From Candidatus Omnitrophota bacterium (lineage in GTDB: Bacteria; Omnitrophota; Omnitrophia; Omnitrophales; Aquincolibacteriaceae), in assembly GCA_003140935.1 (NCBI GenBank), contig PLLJ01000041.1, forward strand, positions 12,212-76,211: a DNA stretch of 64,000 bases. The letters are read 5' to 3'. Of the stretch, positions 16,203-25,259 are shown in pieces. The first letter of the stretch is position 1, and each line of letters opens with the position of its first letter. The position numbers and the translations under genes were made by a program. The notes below the pieces were generated by a model, which had not been told where the DNA came from, did not search any database, and was given only the letters and a program-made list of their open reading frames with translations.

Positions 16203-19190
16203 TCACTTGCTACTAAAACGTTCTTTTTCCGTGGAAAGAAAATCATGCCGCGTGGCCAGATCCGAAAGACGCTGTCCGATGCGGGCCTTTTCAGTCTCGA
16301 TATCCTGCTGCATCGCCTTGGAGGTCACGGTCGGTATCACTTTATCGGCCTCCGTGATCCGTTTTTCAAGGATCGACCTCTCCTGCTGTTCCATAACAAG
16401 TTCTTCACCGATCACACTGGCGAGTTCCGCTTTCACTTTTTTGAAGTCTTTATATCTCTTGGCGCCTTCGGCGTCCGTTGGGACTTCTTCCTTGTCCGCA
16501 ACTCCAAGCGCAAGTCCTTGTTCACGGGCATAAATACTGTAAGAAATCTCGAGCTGCTCCCGGAGGTTCATAGCATCTTCCCGGAGTTGTTTCTCATCCG
16601 GGACCAATTCGGCTTTTTCCTTTTTTCCCGCGTCTGTTGCTGTAACCGTAGAATTACTAGGAGGGGTCACCGGCGTTTTTTCCTTGATCACGGCCTCCGT
16701 AGCCTCCAGTTCGGCTTTAAACCGGTCAAGCTCCTTGGTTTGATTGTCCAATCGATTCAGAAGGACATCTTTTCTGTCTTTTCTGGGCACGACGCGGCGC
16801 GAGCTCTGAACCGCCTCCTCGATAAAGGTGTACGGTACCTTAACGTATGAAGCGCGGAACTTCATACCTCCTCCAAGCGATGCTTTCGCGTTCAAAATTT
16901 CGAGCTCTTTTTCAAGCTTGTCGATCTCCTCAGCCTGCGCTTGGATCATGAGACTTTCCAGCTCGATCCCCTGCTGGATTTTTTTTGCTTTTGTATCAGA
17001 GGCCGGCTTCTTCGCGGCATCGGTCAAAGTAACATCCTTGTTCGGAAGCCCAAAAATGAATGCCTTGGCAAGATAGGCGGTACCGGTGACCGGTTTAGCA
17101 AGAGTCTTCAAAACTCCCTCTCTTTTTTCCTGAGGGTTCAACGTCTCATCTAATTCGGCAAGAAGCTTTCCCTTGTCCTTTTGACGATCTTGAATGTCCT
17201 GATAACGTTTGCGGAGTTCCTTTTCCGTACTTTTGATCTCCTTACGGAGTTTACGCGCATCGACATCCTTTTGCTCATCAAGAGATTTCATCATGGCCTG
17301 CTGTTCCTTCAAAGCCAGCTCCTTGTCAAAAGCGGTGCTAAGAGTTTCGACGATATCCTGTTGGGCCTTGACCTGCTCCATAAGATGCATTTTCAACTCA
17401 AGCAATTCTTCGATGCTCTTCTTTTGAAGATCGCCCGTCCCGCCGGTAAACGGATTGATAGCCTGCTTTTGAGCCGTTTGATTTTCGATCATTGCCTCAA
17501 GTTCCTGTTCGGCGGATTTTCCAAAGTGTTTTTCGTAGAGCGCCATTTTCTCGTCCAACTTGGCCTCAAGAGCTTCTATTTCATTCTTTCGTGCCAAAAG
17601 TTTTGGATCGGTCGGCTTGCCGAAATCTTTTTTCTCGACGCCACGCAAACGCTTTCGTTTCAGGCCGCTTTCGGAACGCTCAGGCGTCAGCAAGGCCTGC
17701 AGCTCACTATACCGCTTGTAGAGCTTCTCTTTCTTTTCGAGAAGCTCCTTTTTCTTCCGGGAAAGCTTATAAAGTTCTTTTTCGTCCATCTGCTGGATTT
17801 TTTGCAACGGAGTCTCGGGCTTTCCCACGAACGGGATCAGATTTTCATAGAACTTCGTTTCCGAAATCCCTAGCTCTGCGCGCCAGGATTCAAGACGGCT
17901 CTTTTCCTCGGCAAGCGCATCGCGCTCGGCCTCAAGAGACCCTCGCCAACGATCCATGGCCTTTTGGAATTCGGGAGATGTATTATTCTTGAAGCGTTTT
18001 TTCTTACGCTCGAGCTCTTTGAACTTTTCATTCAGTTCCTGTTCGCGACGCTTCAGGTCTTGTTTACGTCGATTTAAACTCTCGGATTTGTTCTTATCGA
18101 TCGCCTTGATACGCTTCTGCAGCTGAGCGATCTCCTTTTTAAGTTGTTCCCGTTCGGCCTTCTGACCCGGCCCCAGCGCCTGGTATTTCGCCTTCAACGC
18201 CCCTAACTCTTTCTGTAATTCCTCAGCCTTGGCATTAAGATATTTCACAGGCTCCTGCAATGAATTCATTTTTTCCGCGGCTTTCTGACCCCAACTCGTA
18301 TTCGGATAGCGTTTCGCGGTGTCGCGGTAATAGATCAGCGCGCTTGTAACATAATTATCCTTCTCGTAATAGAGGCCGATCCGATAGTTCTTCTCAGCAT
18401 TGAGCTCATCCACTTCCCGGCTGATCTTTTCGGCTTCTCCGGCTTCTTCGGACCCCGGATATCGTTTGAGATAGCTCTGTGCCTGACGAGCCGCTTCTTC
18501 GAGCGCATTTTGGTCACGCGTCTGGCTTGAAGACTTCGCATAAGAAACCTCGGCCATCCGAAGACGAGCCTGCCGAACCAGGTTGCTTTTCGGGTATTGA
18601 TCGATCAAATTTTGGTAGGCTTCCAGTGAATCATCAAAACGCCCGGACTTTTGGTAGGCAACCCCGAGATCAAACTGTGCCTTGTCCCCGAATGCTCCAT
18701 AAGGCGCCGCCGCCACGATCTGTTTGAACACTTCAATGGCCAGCGGTAATGATGGGCGGATATCGAGCCCCAGGAGCTTTCCTTTTTTCCCGGAAAGAAA
18801 CATCGTCCCAATTTGATACTCGCGCTCGATCACTTCTTCAAAACGCTCGCTCTGGGGATAGGCTTTTATCAGAGCTTGATAGGCCTTGTGAGCTTCCACA
18901 AAATCGCCGGTCTCTTCCAAAATAGTCCCCAGTCGATATTGCGATTCAGGAGCCACCCGGGATTTGGGATACTGCTTGAGAACTATTTTAAATTGTTCGG
19001 CCGCTTTATCGAGCTTTTTCTCTTTATAAAGATCGAGGGCATTATCGAAGATATCATCGGCACCGCTTTGAGTCTCGGATTGGGTATTGACGAACTTCCC
19101 CTGCTCGGGAGACCAGACCCAATCCGCAAAGGCGAAAGAGTGCGGGAGAAGCAGTATAAAAATGAGGGCAAAAACCTTCGAGATTTTCAT
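16203..19190 (-). CDS. Secreted TPR-repeat protein with a very long K/E-rich coiled-coil region (995 aa)
   Basis: Signal peptide MKISKVFALIFILLLPHSFAFA. YbgF-like TPR repeats occupy roughly the first 300 aa, followed by several hundred residues of heptad-like K/E/R/Q-rich sequence (LQKRIKAIDKNKSESLNRRKQDLKRREQELNEKFKELERKKKRFK). Confidence 0.8.
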   Translation of the reverse strand: MKISKVFALIFILLLPHSFAFADWVWSPEQGKFVNTQSETQSGADDIFDNALDLYKEKKLDKAAEQFKIVLKQYPKSRVAPESQYRLGTILEETGDFVEAHKAYQALIKAYPQSERFEEVIEREYQIGTMFLSGKKGKLLGLDIRPSLPLAIEVFKQIVAAAPYGAFGDKAQFDLGVAYQKSGRFDDSLEAYQNLIDQYPKSNLVRQARLRMAEVSYAKSSSQTRDQNALEEAARQAQSYLKRYPGSEEAGEAEKISREVDELNAEKNYRIGLYYEKDNYVTSALIYYRDTAKRYPNTSWGQKAAEKMNSLQEPVKYLNAKAEELQKELGALKAKYQALGPGQKAEREQLKKEIAQLQKRIKAIDKNKSESLNRRKQDLKRREQELNEKFKELERKKKRFKNNTSPEFQKAMDRWRGSLEAERDALAEEKSRLESWRAELGISETKFYENLIPFVGKPETPLQKIQQMDEKELYKLSRKKKELLEKKEKLYKRYSELQALLTPERSESGLKRKRLRGVEKKDFGKPTDPKLLARKNEIEALEAKLDEKMALYEKHFGKSAEQELEAMIENQTAQKQAINPFTGGTGDLQKKSIEELLELKMHLMEQVKAQQDIVETLSTAFDKELALKEQQAMMKSLDEQKDVDARKLRKEIKSTEKELRKRYQDIQDRQKDKGKLLAELDETLNPQEKREGVLKTLAKPVTGTAYLAKAFIFGLPNKDVTLTDAAKKPASDTKAKKIQQGIELESLMIQAQAEEIDKLEKELEILNAKASLGGGMKFRASYVKVPYTFIEEAVQSSRRVVPRKDRKDVLLNRLDNQTKELDRFKAELEATEAVIKEKTPVTPPSNSTVTATDAGKKEKAELVPDEKQLREDAMNLREQLEISYSIYAREQGLALGVADKEEVPTDAEGAKRYKDFKKVKAELASVIGEELVMEQQERSILEKRITEADKVIPTVTSKAMQQDIETEKARIGQRLSDLATRHDFLSTEKERFSSK

Positions 19191-19284
19191 AAGTCGTTTA
19201 CAAACTTCAGGTTAGGAAAATTTGCGAGGGGTTACTATATCATGGGCTAAGAAAAATTGTCAATAGAAATGACCCAAAAACAGC

Positions 19285-21591
19285 TCACAGATACGAATAA
19301 ACGCCCAAAGGTCCTTTCAGGAACGACGCCAGTTCAAGTCGGGGACCATTTTTCCTGAAGCATAGCGCGCCCGTATATCTCAAGGCAAGACATGGAACGT
19401 GGCGAGAAGCAAAATACGTCATAAGCTCCTGCTGTAAGTCCGGAAAAACAATAAGTAACGGCCGGACTTGTTCTACCCAATCTTGAGCTTCGACCGGAAT
19501 TCCATTCCCTAACGCCGGTAAAAAAACCGCGTGGACCTCATCAGCGTCCTCATGCTCCCGGAGCAGTTCCCTGAAGAGTCCGGGGTCCCATTGTGAGATG
19601 AAGAGAATACGCCAAGGACCGGACTGGATCAGCAAAGCGGCACCCTTTTCTGACTCTGCAACGATCCGTATTTTCTCTTTCCCCATCAACACCTCGTCTC
19701 CCTGCTGAAAATTCCTAGCTTTTCGGCCTAATTGACGGAGATTTTTATGAAATTCATCAGGCCCATAAAGGGATGAGGCAGGACAAAGGAGATAACGGGC
19801 TGGAAAATCTCTCAAGACAGGCAGGAGACCTCCCGTATGCTTTTTGGAAAGATCGGAGAACAGTATCCCTTCTAGTCGTTGAATTCCCTGGTTCCTTAGG
19901 AAGGGAGCAATCAGCCACTCACCCTGGTCGGATGGAAAACTCCTTCCAGTGTTAAGAAGCCAGTAAGCTTCGTTCGAAAAGCGCGCGCACACGATCTGGT
20001 TCCTGCCACTCGCAAGCATAGTAAGCTCAAACTCTTTTCCTTCCGACTTGATAAAAAAAATCACTGAAAAACTTATCCAACAACCGATCAGGCAGGTCAT
20101 AAGAAAGCGTTTTCCATGAAAAGCCTTTTTATGGAAAAACAGAATCATCCCCATGCTTGCGTAATACCCTGTAAGTAGACCGAGGGACGGTCGCTCGAGG
20201 AACCAATACCCCCATCGCCACGTGGAAAGATATTGGACCCAGAAAAGCCCGATCCCGAGGATCCAAGAAGACATTTTGATCAAAAGCAAGTTCAGGAAGG
20301 GCACGCCGCTGAAGATCAGCGCAAAAAGCGTGCTGAAAAGCGCCGCATCAAAAAGAGGAATCGCGGCAAGATTCGCAAAGATACTGATGGGTGAGAAAAT
20401 ATTGAAATGATAAAGAACAATGGGGAAAGTCCCAAAAAGCACCGAAAGGCTCGAGCCCAAAGACAGGGTCCCGGCGTTGAACCGCGATATGAGCGGCAAG
20501 ACCAGCATGAGCGAAAAAACACAAAGGAAGGAAAGTTGAAATCCGATATTCCAAAAGCTCTTGGGATTCCAGAGAAGAAGGACAAAAATAGCAAAGCAGA
20601 GCGCGTTCAAGAGATTAGCCGGACGTCCCAGGAGGGCTCCGGACAGGACCAATATGGAGGCGCATCCCGCGCGCTGAACCGGGATCCCGGCGCCCGCAAG
20701 CCCAACGTAGACGATCACGATCAGGATCGTCAGAAATGCGGTCTTGCGATACCCGAATCCTGAAAAAAGAAACATCAGATAAAAAGTCCCCGCGATCATC
20801 GTGATATTAAGTCCGCTGATCGCGAGCAAATGGATCGTCCCGGTCTTCATGAACTGGCTCCGCACTTCGGACGCCACATCGCTCCTCAACCCAAGCACCA
20901 GGGCCTTCAAGATCGCGGCCTCAGGTACCGTATAAAGCTTGTTGATCAACGCGGCCAAGCTGCGTCGAATTTCCGCCAATACCCGGGCAGGTAAAAACCT
21001 TGGCCCCACGCGCACGACACTAACACTTTTATGTCCGATCGCCTGGAAGAGGGCCTGAATGTTTTGTTGAGCTAAAAAGCTCCTATAATCGAATTCGCCC
21101 GGGTTCAAAACCTGTTTGGGGATGCTTAACTCGCCGAAAATCCGGAGTGTGTCGCCGACTTTAGGAACAACGGATGACTGCAGCAAACAGGTTTGGACAT
21201 TTCCTTTGACCTTGAAAATTTTGCGGCGCCCGTTTTCCTTTTTTGTGATCGAATTCACGGAAAGAACAAAGGAGACGGTCTTCCTTTTCCCGCGCGTCTT
21301 TATCTCCGGCAAGGAATCAACAACCCCTTTGAGCGACACGCGTTCAATCCCTGCAAAGTTCTGGACCGCATTCACCGGAACATAAGCATCAAGACGCGCC
21401 CAAAGAACTCCTGAGAATCCCATGAGAAGTACAAAAAGTGCCAAAAAGCACCTTTTTCCGCGCAAGAACCACAATAGAACGATCCCTGCGAGAAGTCCGC
21501 ATTCGAGCCAGGAGAAAGGAATATTCCAATACTTTTCTGTCACGATCCCCAGCGAAAACCCCGTTGAAATCCATAAAAATGGCCGTCTCAT
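19285..21591 (-). CDS. comEC: DNA internalisation competence protein ComEC/Rec2
   Basis: 768 aa. N-terminal DUF4131-like TM region, the ComEC integral membrane domain, and a C-terminal metallo-beta-lactamase-like domain. Confidence 0.85.
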   Translation of the reverse strand: MRRPFLWISTGFSLGIVTEKYWNIPFSWLECGLLAGIVLLWFLRGKRCFLALFVLLMGFSGVLWARLDAYVPVNAVQNFAGIERVSLKGVVDSLPEIKTRGKRKTVSFVLSVNSITKKENGRRKIFKVKGNVQTCLLQSSVVPKVGDTLRIFGELSIPKQVLNPGEFDYRSFLAQQNIQALFQAIGHKSVSVVRVGPRFLPARVLAEIRRSLAALINKLYTVPEAAILKALVLGLRSDVASEVRSQFMKTGTIHLLAISGLNITMIAGTFYLMFLFSGFGYRKTAFLTILIVIVYVGLAGAGIPVQRAGCASILVLSGALLGRPANLLNALCFAIFVLLLWNPKSFWNIGFQLSFLCVFSLMLVLPLISRFNAGTLSLGSSLSVLFGTFPIVLYHFNIFSPISIFANLAAIPLFDAALFSTLFALIFSGVPFLNLLLIKMSSWILGIGLFWVQYLSTWRWGYWFLERPSLGLLTGYYASMGMILFFHKKAFHGKRFLMTCLIGCWISFSVIFFIKSEGKEFELTMLASGRNQIVCARFSNEAYWLLNTGRSFPSDQGEWLIAPFLRNQGIQRLEGILFSDLSKKHTGGLLPVLRDFPARYLLCPASSLYGPDEFHKNLRQLGRKARNFQQGDEVLMGKEKIRIVAESEKGAALLIQSGPWRILFISQWDPGLFRELLREHEDADEVHAVFLPALGNGIPVEAQDWVEQVRPLLIVFPDLQQELMTYFASRHVPCLALRYTGALCFRKNGPRLELASFLKGPLGVYSYL

Positions 21592-21737
21592 ATTTGGTTA
21601 TTATATAATATAAAATTGATTTTTCTGAACTTTTATTTTCGAAAATTCCCCTTTCCCATAACAAAAGCTCCTGCAGATCTAATGAACGCGGAAGAAAAAA
21701 GTATCCGGAGAGGACCAGCTACATACCCCTTGCTTTA

Positions 21738-21833
21738 TTAGGCTAGATGCCAATACCGAAAAGCAATAACCAGGGCGAGGACTAAAAGGAGGACGAGAAG
21801 AAGGGTATTTTGATATTTAGAAAAGGACGGCAT
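21738..21833 (-). CDS. Candidate 31-aa single-TM micro-protein (MPSFSKYQNTLLLVLLLVLALVIAFRYWHLA)
   Basis: The ATG at 21833 lies 15 nt after the gspB-like stop codon and is preceded by AGGAGA. The core is strongly hydrophobic and the C-terminus ends with R..H. Not in the ORF track because it is under 60 aa. Confidence 0.25.
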   Translation of the reverse strand: MPSFSKYQNTLLLVLLLVLALVIAFRYWHLA

Positions 21834-21848
21834 TCGTGAACGGATCTC

Positions 21849-22328
21849 CTACATCGTCAGAATAATCTCTTTACCCTGGACATCCAAGCGGACTTGGCCC
21901 TCTCCGATCGCCGTAACAACAGCTCTGTTGTTAAGCACGTCCCCAACACCCACAAGTCGATTGTTGATCACTGCAATAGCCTTGCCGCTAACATTCGTGA
22001 TACCGGTAAGCCGGTAGATATACCCGGAGACAATCTTTACCGGAACCTGTGTCACCCCCCCAGGCACAGCTTTGGAGGGCGTAACATTTTTGTTGTGGAT
22101 CCTAAGATAGCAAAGTCCGGTGACAAGACACACCGAGAGTAGCGCCAAAAAAACTCTCCAATACAACTTTCGTCGCTTGGCATAGGATTGCTGGACCTGG
22201 ATGAGCTCCTGTTCAAGAGCAGCCCCCGTCGGATCACGTTCATATGTCCTCGAAGTCGAAGAGGGATTCGTAGTTCTCGTCTCTTGCATGCGCTTTGTTT
22301 TTTCCAACGCTTGTTGAATGAGACTCAT
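21849..22328 (-). CDS. GspB/ExeB-like bitopic membrane protein (partner of the ExeA-like ATPase)
   Basis: 159 aa with a cytoplasmic N-terminus, one TM helix (YWRVFLALLSVCLVTGLCYL) and a periplasmic beta-rich C-terminal domain. Its start overlaps the stop of the upstream ExeA-like gene by 4 nt. Confidence 0.6.
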   Translation of the reverse strand: MSLIQQALEKTKRMQETRTTNPSSTSRTYERDPTGAALEQELIQVQQSYAKRRKLYWRVFLALLSVCLVTGLCYLRIHNKNVTPSKAVPGGVTQVPVKIVSGYIYRLTGITNVSGKAIAVINNRLVGVGDVLNNRAVVTAIGEGQVRLDVQGKEIILTM

Positions 22329-23164
22329 ACGCTTGCTCCCTGGAGATCAGCTTCGGCACATTCCACTAGCAGCGGATCGATCACAAAAACACTTCGGGTA
22401 TAGGCAGCGAGCAGGGCCCGGTCTGCCAACATATTAATGACTCTTGGGATTCCTGCGGAAATTTCATAGATGCGTTGCATAGCTCCGGCGGTAAAAAAAT
22501 TCTCGCTTGCCCCCGCCACATTCAAACGGTGCGCGATATACTGTTTTACTTCTTCCAGGCTCAGTTCCGGCAAGTGACAGTGTACGGTGATGCGTTGCCG
22601 GAGTTGCTTAAGGTCCGGACGCTTAAGAAGGTCTTTCAGCTCCGGCTGCCCCATAAGAATGATCTGCAAAAGCTTTTGCGTCGTGGTCTCGAGATTCGAA
22701 AGAAGGCGGATCTGCTCCAAAGCCCGCGGTGGGAGGAGCTGCGCCTCATCGAGGATCAGCACCGCGTTAAATCCCTTGGCGCTTTCTTCAAGAAGAAAAC
22801 GGTTCAAACAATCAAAATAATCTTTGCGCCGTTTCAACTTGGGTTTCAACCCGAAATCTTCGACGATCCCCTGCAAAAGCTCCAGCTCGGAAAGCTTGGG
22901 ATTGAAGATCAGCGAGCTATGGACATTCTCGCCCAGCTGCTGAAGAAACATACGCGAAAGCGTCGTCTTCCCAGCACCGATCTCGCCGGTGATCTGGATG
23001 AATCCAGAGCGCCGGTTCACGCCGTAGGTCATCGCGGCCAGCGCAGCCTGATGATGGTGGCTCAGATAGACAAAACGTGGGTCCGGCGTCATATTAAAAG
23101 GGGGTTCTCTCAATCCAAAAAAAGCTTCGTACATATTCTTTCCTTTCCTGGAATCGCTTGGCAC
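22325..23164 (-). CDS. ExeA/GspA/MshM-like AAA+ ATPase
   Basis: Walker A GEIGAGKTT and the Walker B region ILDEAQ. 279 aa, consistent with the ExeA family N-terminal ATPase domain. Confidence 0.85.
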   Translation of the reverse strand: MPSDSRKGKNMYEAFFGLREPPFNMTPDPRFVYLSHHHQAALAAMTYGVNRRSGFIQITGEIGAGKTTLSRMFLQQLGENVHSSLIFNPKLSELELLQGIVEDFGLKPKLKRRKDYFDCLNRFLLEESAKGFNAVLILDEAQLLPPRALEQIRLLSNLETTTQKLLQIILMGQPELKDLLKRPDLKQLRQRITVHCHLPELSLEEVKQYIAHRLNVAGASENFFTAGAMQRIYEISAGIPRVINMLADRALLAAYTRSVFVIDPLLVECAEADLQGASV

Positions 23165-23213
23165 ATCCTTTTAAATAACGGCAAAAAAGAACACCGCTAA
23201 AGAAGAACCATCC

Positions 23214-25259
23214 CTAACCGCGGGAGAACGTCATCTCCAAGACACGGCCGTCTTTGCGCGCAACGTGAATGTTGAGCGGATGGCGGCCCTCCTTCGAATA
23301 AACCGTCACTTCCCCGCTCATCAGATCGCGGACGGTCATCTTCCCTTTGATCTTGTCAAGCGCCGGAAGATAGATCGCGGCGCTCTTATCTTCATTTCCG
23401 TTATTGACCACCACGAGAAAATAATGTCTGCCCCGGCTAAAAAGCGCCGTTTTGATATCCCGTGTCATTGAATTACTGACCAGCGGTGTTTTGAGAGAGT
23501 TCAAAACCCCGAGCACTAAATTCGGCGTCGGCTCCATCCCCAAGTGTATGATCTTTCCTTTGCCGACTTTTTTAATGTATCCGACCGTCTGTTTCCCGTA
23601 GGTCCCGAGATCCGCTTGGATCTTTTCACATCCCTTTGCCTTAAAAACATAAACCGAACTATTGACCGCGATCGGCGCGACACCCTTGCCGAGCGTTAAT
23701 GTAAATTGCCGTTTGAACTCAAAAAGAGTGCGCTCCGGCTCTTCAAATCCAATCACTTGATACGGTTTAAAATCGTTGTCTTTGCGCGGAAAGGACCGGA
23801 ACGCCACCAAAGTTCCGCCTTCCTCCACGTAACGTCGCAAATTCTGATGCGCGGTCTTCTCAAGCCACTGATTGCCAGAATAAAAGACTACTTTTTTCTG
23901 TGGAAGTTTGCAACGGGGATCGCATACGTCATAATCCACATCCCCTTGATAAAGCGCAGTAAGAATGGGGCTGTTATGCGTAAGCGTCCGGGCCGCGTAC
24001 TGAAGCGGATTGAAGGTAACGCCGATCTCGGTTAGTTTCTTAAGCGAGGTCGGCTTTAACTGCTTAAAAACGGAAACAATCTGTTTAAAAACATCATAAA
24101 GTTCGCCGCGCACCCGACCCCATTCGTTGATCGGCGACATGTACCAGTTATCACGATTGACAAGCATGTACCAATTCCACCCTTTGACCCCCGCAAGCAG
24201 CGCGGAAAAACAGATCATCCGGTAATGGTTGGGCGTGAGCACGCTGGTTTCATAATGGCGGCCGTGCCAGATGCCCGACTGGAATTCCGCGATGAACGGG
24301 AGCTTAGAAACACTCGCGAGATAACGGATCTTGTCGCAAAACTTACGATGCTCAAACTCATCTTCTTTGAGTTCGTTGGAAGGATAGAGATCCAACCCGA
24401 CTCCGTCCGCGACTTCCTGGAAATCAGCCCAGTCGTGCGCATAAAAGAATGGATAGGTGTTCAAGTAGATCGGAATATCGACCCCAAGATCGCGATACAT
24501 CTGGATGCTTCTCTTCGCAACCTCCTTGGAATACCCATACTTGAATTTGAAATAATCAAGATGCCGCTTAAGCTCCTTATCCCCCTTCAGCGGAAGCCCC
24601 GTTTCGTGAGCAAGCATGGTCGCGATAAAAGGCGATGCTTCCAGGAAAGACGCGTAATTCGTGCCCCAGCATTCGTTCAAGGCGGGAAGATCCCCCTTGT
24701 AAAGATCGCGCATGAAATCCTGGAAAAGTCCTGGCTTTTCCGAAAGTCCGTACTGATGTCCGAATATGTCCGGCCATGGATCAATCTCATTATCCGCCTG
24801 AAGCATCAGGATATGACCGTTCTTGCGTGATGCCAGATAAGGCATGAAGATCTTGCCTGCTTGTTTCAAATATTCCTTGGCGTAGGACAGGAACTTGGGA
24901 TGCAGGCGATGATATTTGTAGGCATAATCAGGAACGCCGTCCCGCGGCCATTCGCTGTAAATATAGGGCCCCGGCCTGAGGATAAGCCAGAAATTTTCTT
25001 TGCGGGTCAATTCGAGAAATGCTTTGAGGCTGCGGGCCGCATCGGTCTTGCCGGTGAAATCAAAATGGCCCCGCTTATACTCGTGAAAATCCCAGGGGAC
25101 ATACGTGGAGATGGTCTCAAGGCCCATTTCCCTGACGCGGTGAAGGGTTTCACGCCAATAATTGGGATTGAGACGCCAGTAATGGACTTCGCCGGAAATG
25201 AGCGGCACTTCTTTCTTCCCGACAAAGATCTTTTGGTCCTTGATCTCGACTTTAGGCAT
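23214..25259 (-). CDS. Glycoside hydrolase family 35-like beta-galactosidase (cytoplasmic)
   Basis: [40 protein letters not shown] matches the GH35 N-terminal TIM-barrel signature (YVPWNxHE). The acid/base region QADNEI is present. I place the start at the ATG at 25259 (MPKVEIKDQ), which overlaps the last codons of leuS by 8 nt. The track's N-terminal extension MNTRASKSS... is probably spurious. Confidence 0.8.
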   Translation of the reverse strand: MPKVEIKDQKIFVGKKEVPLISGEVHYWRLNPNYWRETLHRVREMGLETISTYVPWDFHEYKRGHFDFTGKTDAARSLKAFLELTRKENFWLILRPGPYIYSEWPRDGVPDYAYKYHRLHPKFLSYAKEYLKQAGKIFMPYLASRKNGHILMLQADNEIDPWPDIFGHQYGLSEKPGLFQDFMRDLYKGDLPALNECWGTNYASFLEASPFIATMLAHETGLPLKGDKELKRHLDYFKFKYGYSKEVAKRSIQMYRDLGVDIPIYLNTYPFFYAHDWADFQEVADGVGLDLYPSNELKEDEFEHRKFCDKIRYLASVSKLPFIAEFQSGIWHGRHYETSVLTPNHYRMICFSALLAGVKGWNWYMLVNRDNWYMSPINEWGRVRGELYDVFKQIVSVFKQLKPTSLKKLTEIGVTFNPLQYAARTLTHNSPILTALYQGDVDYDVCDPRCKLPQKKVVFYSGNQWLEKTAHQNLRRYVEEGGTLVAFRSFPRKDNDFKPYQVIGFEEPERTLFEFKRQFTLTLGKGVAPIAVNSSVYVFKAKGCEKIQADLGTYGKQTVGYIKKVGKGKIIHLGMEPTPNLVLGVLNSLKTPLVSNSMTRDIKTALFSRGRHYFLVVVNNGNEDKSAAIYLPALDKIKGKMTVRDLMSGEVTVYSKEGRHPLNIHVARKDGRVLEMTFSRG

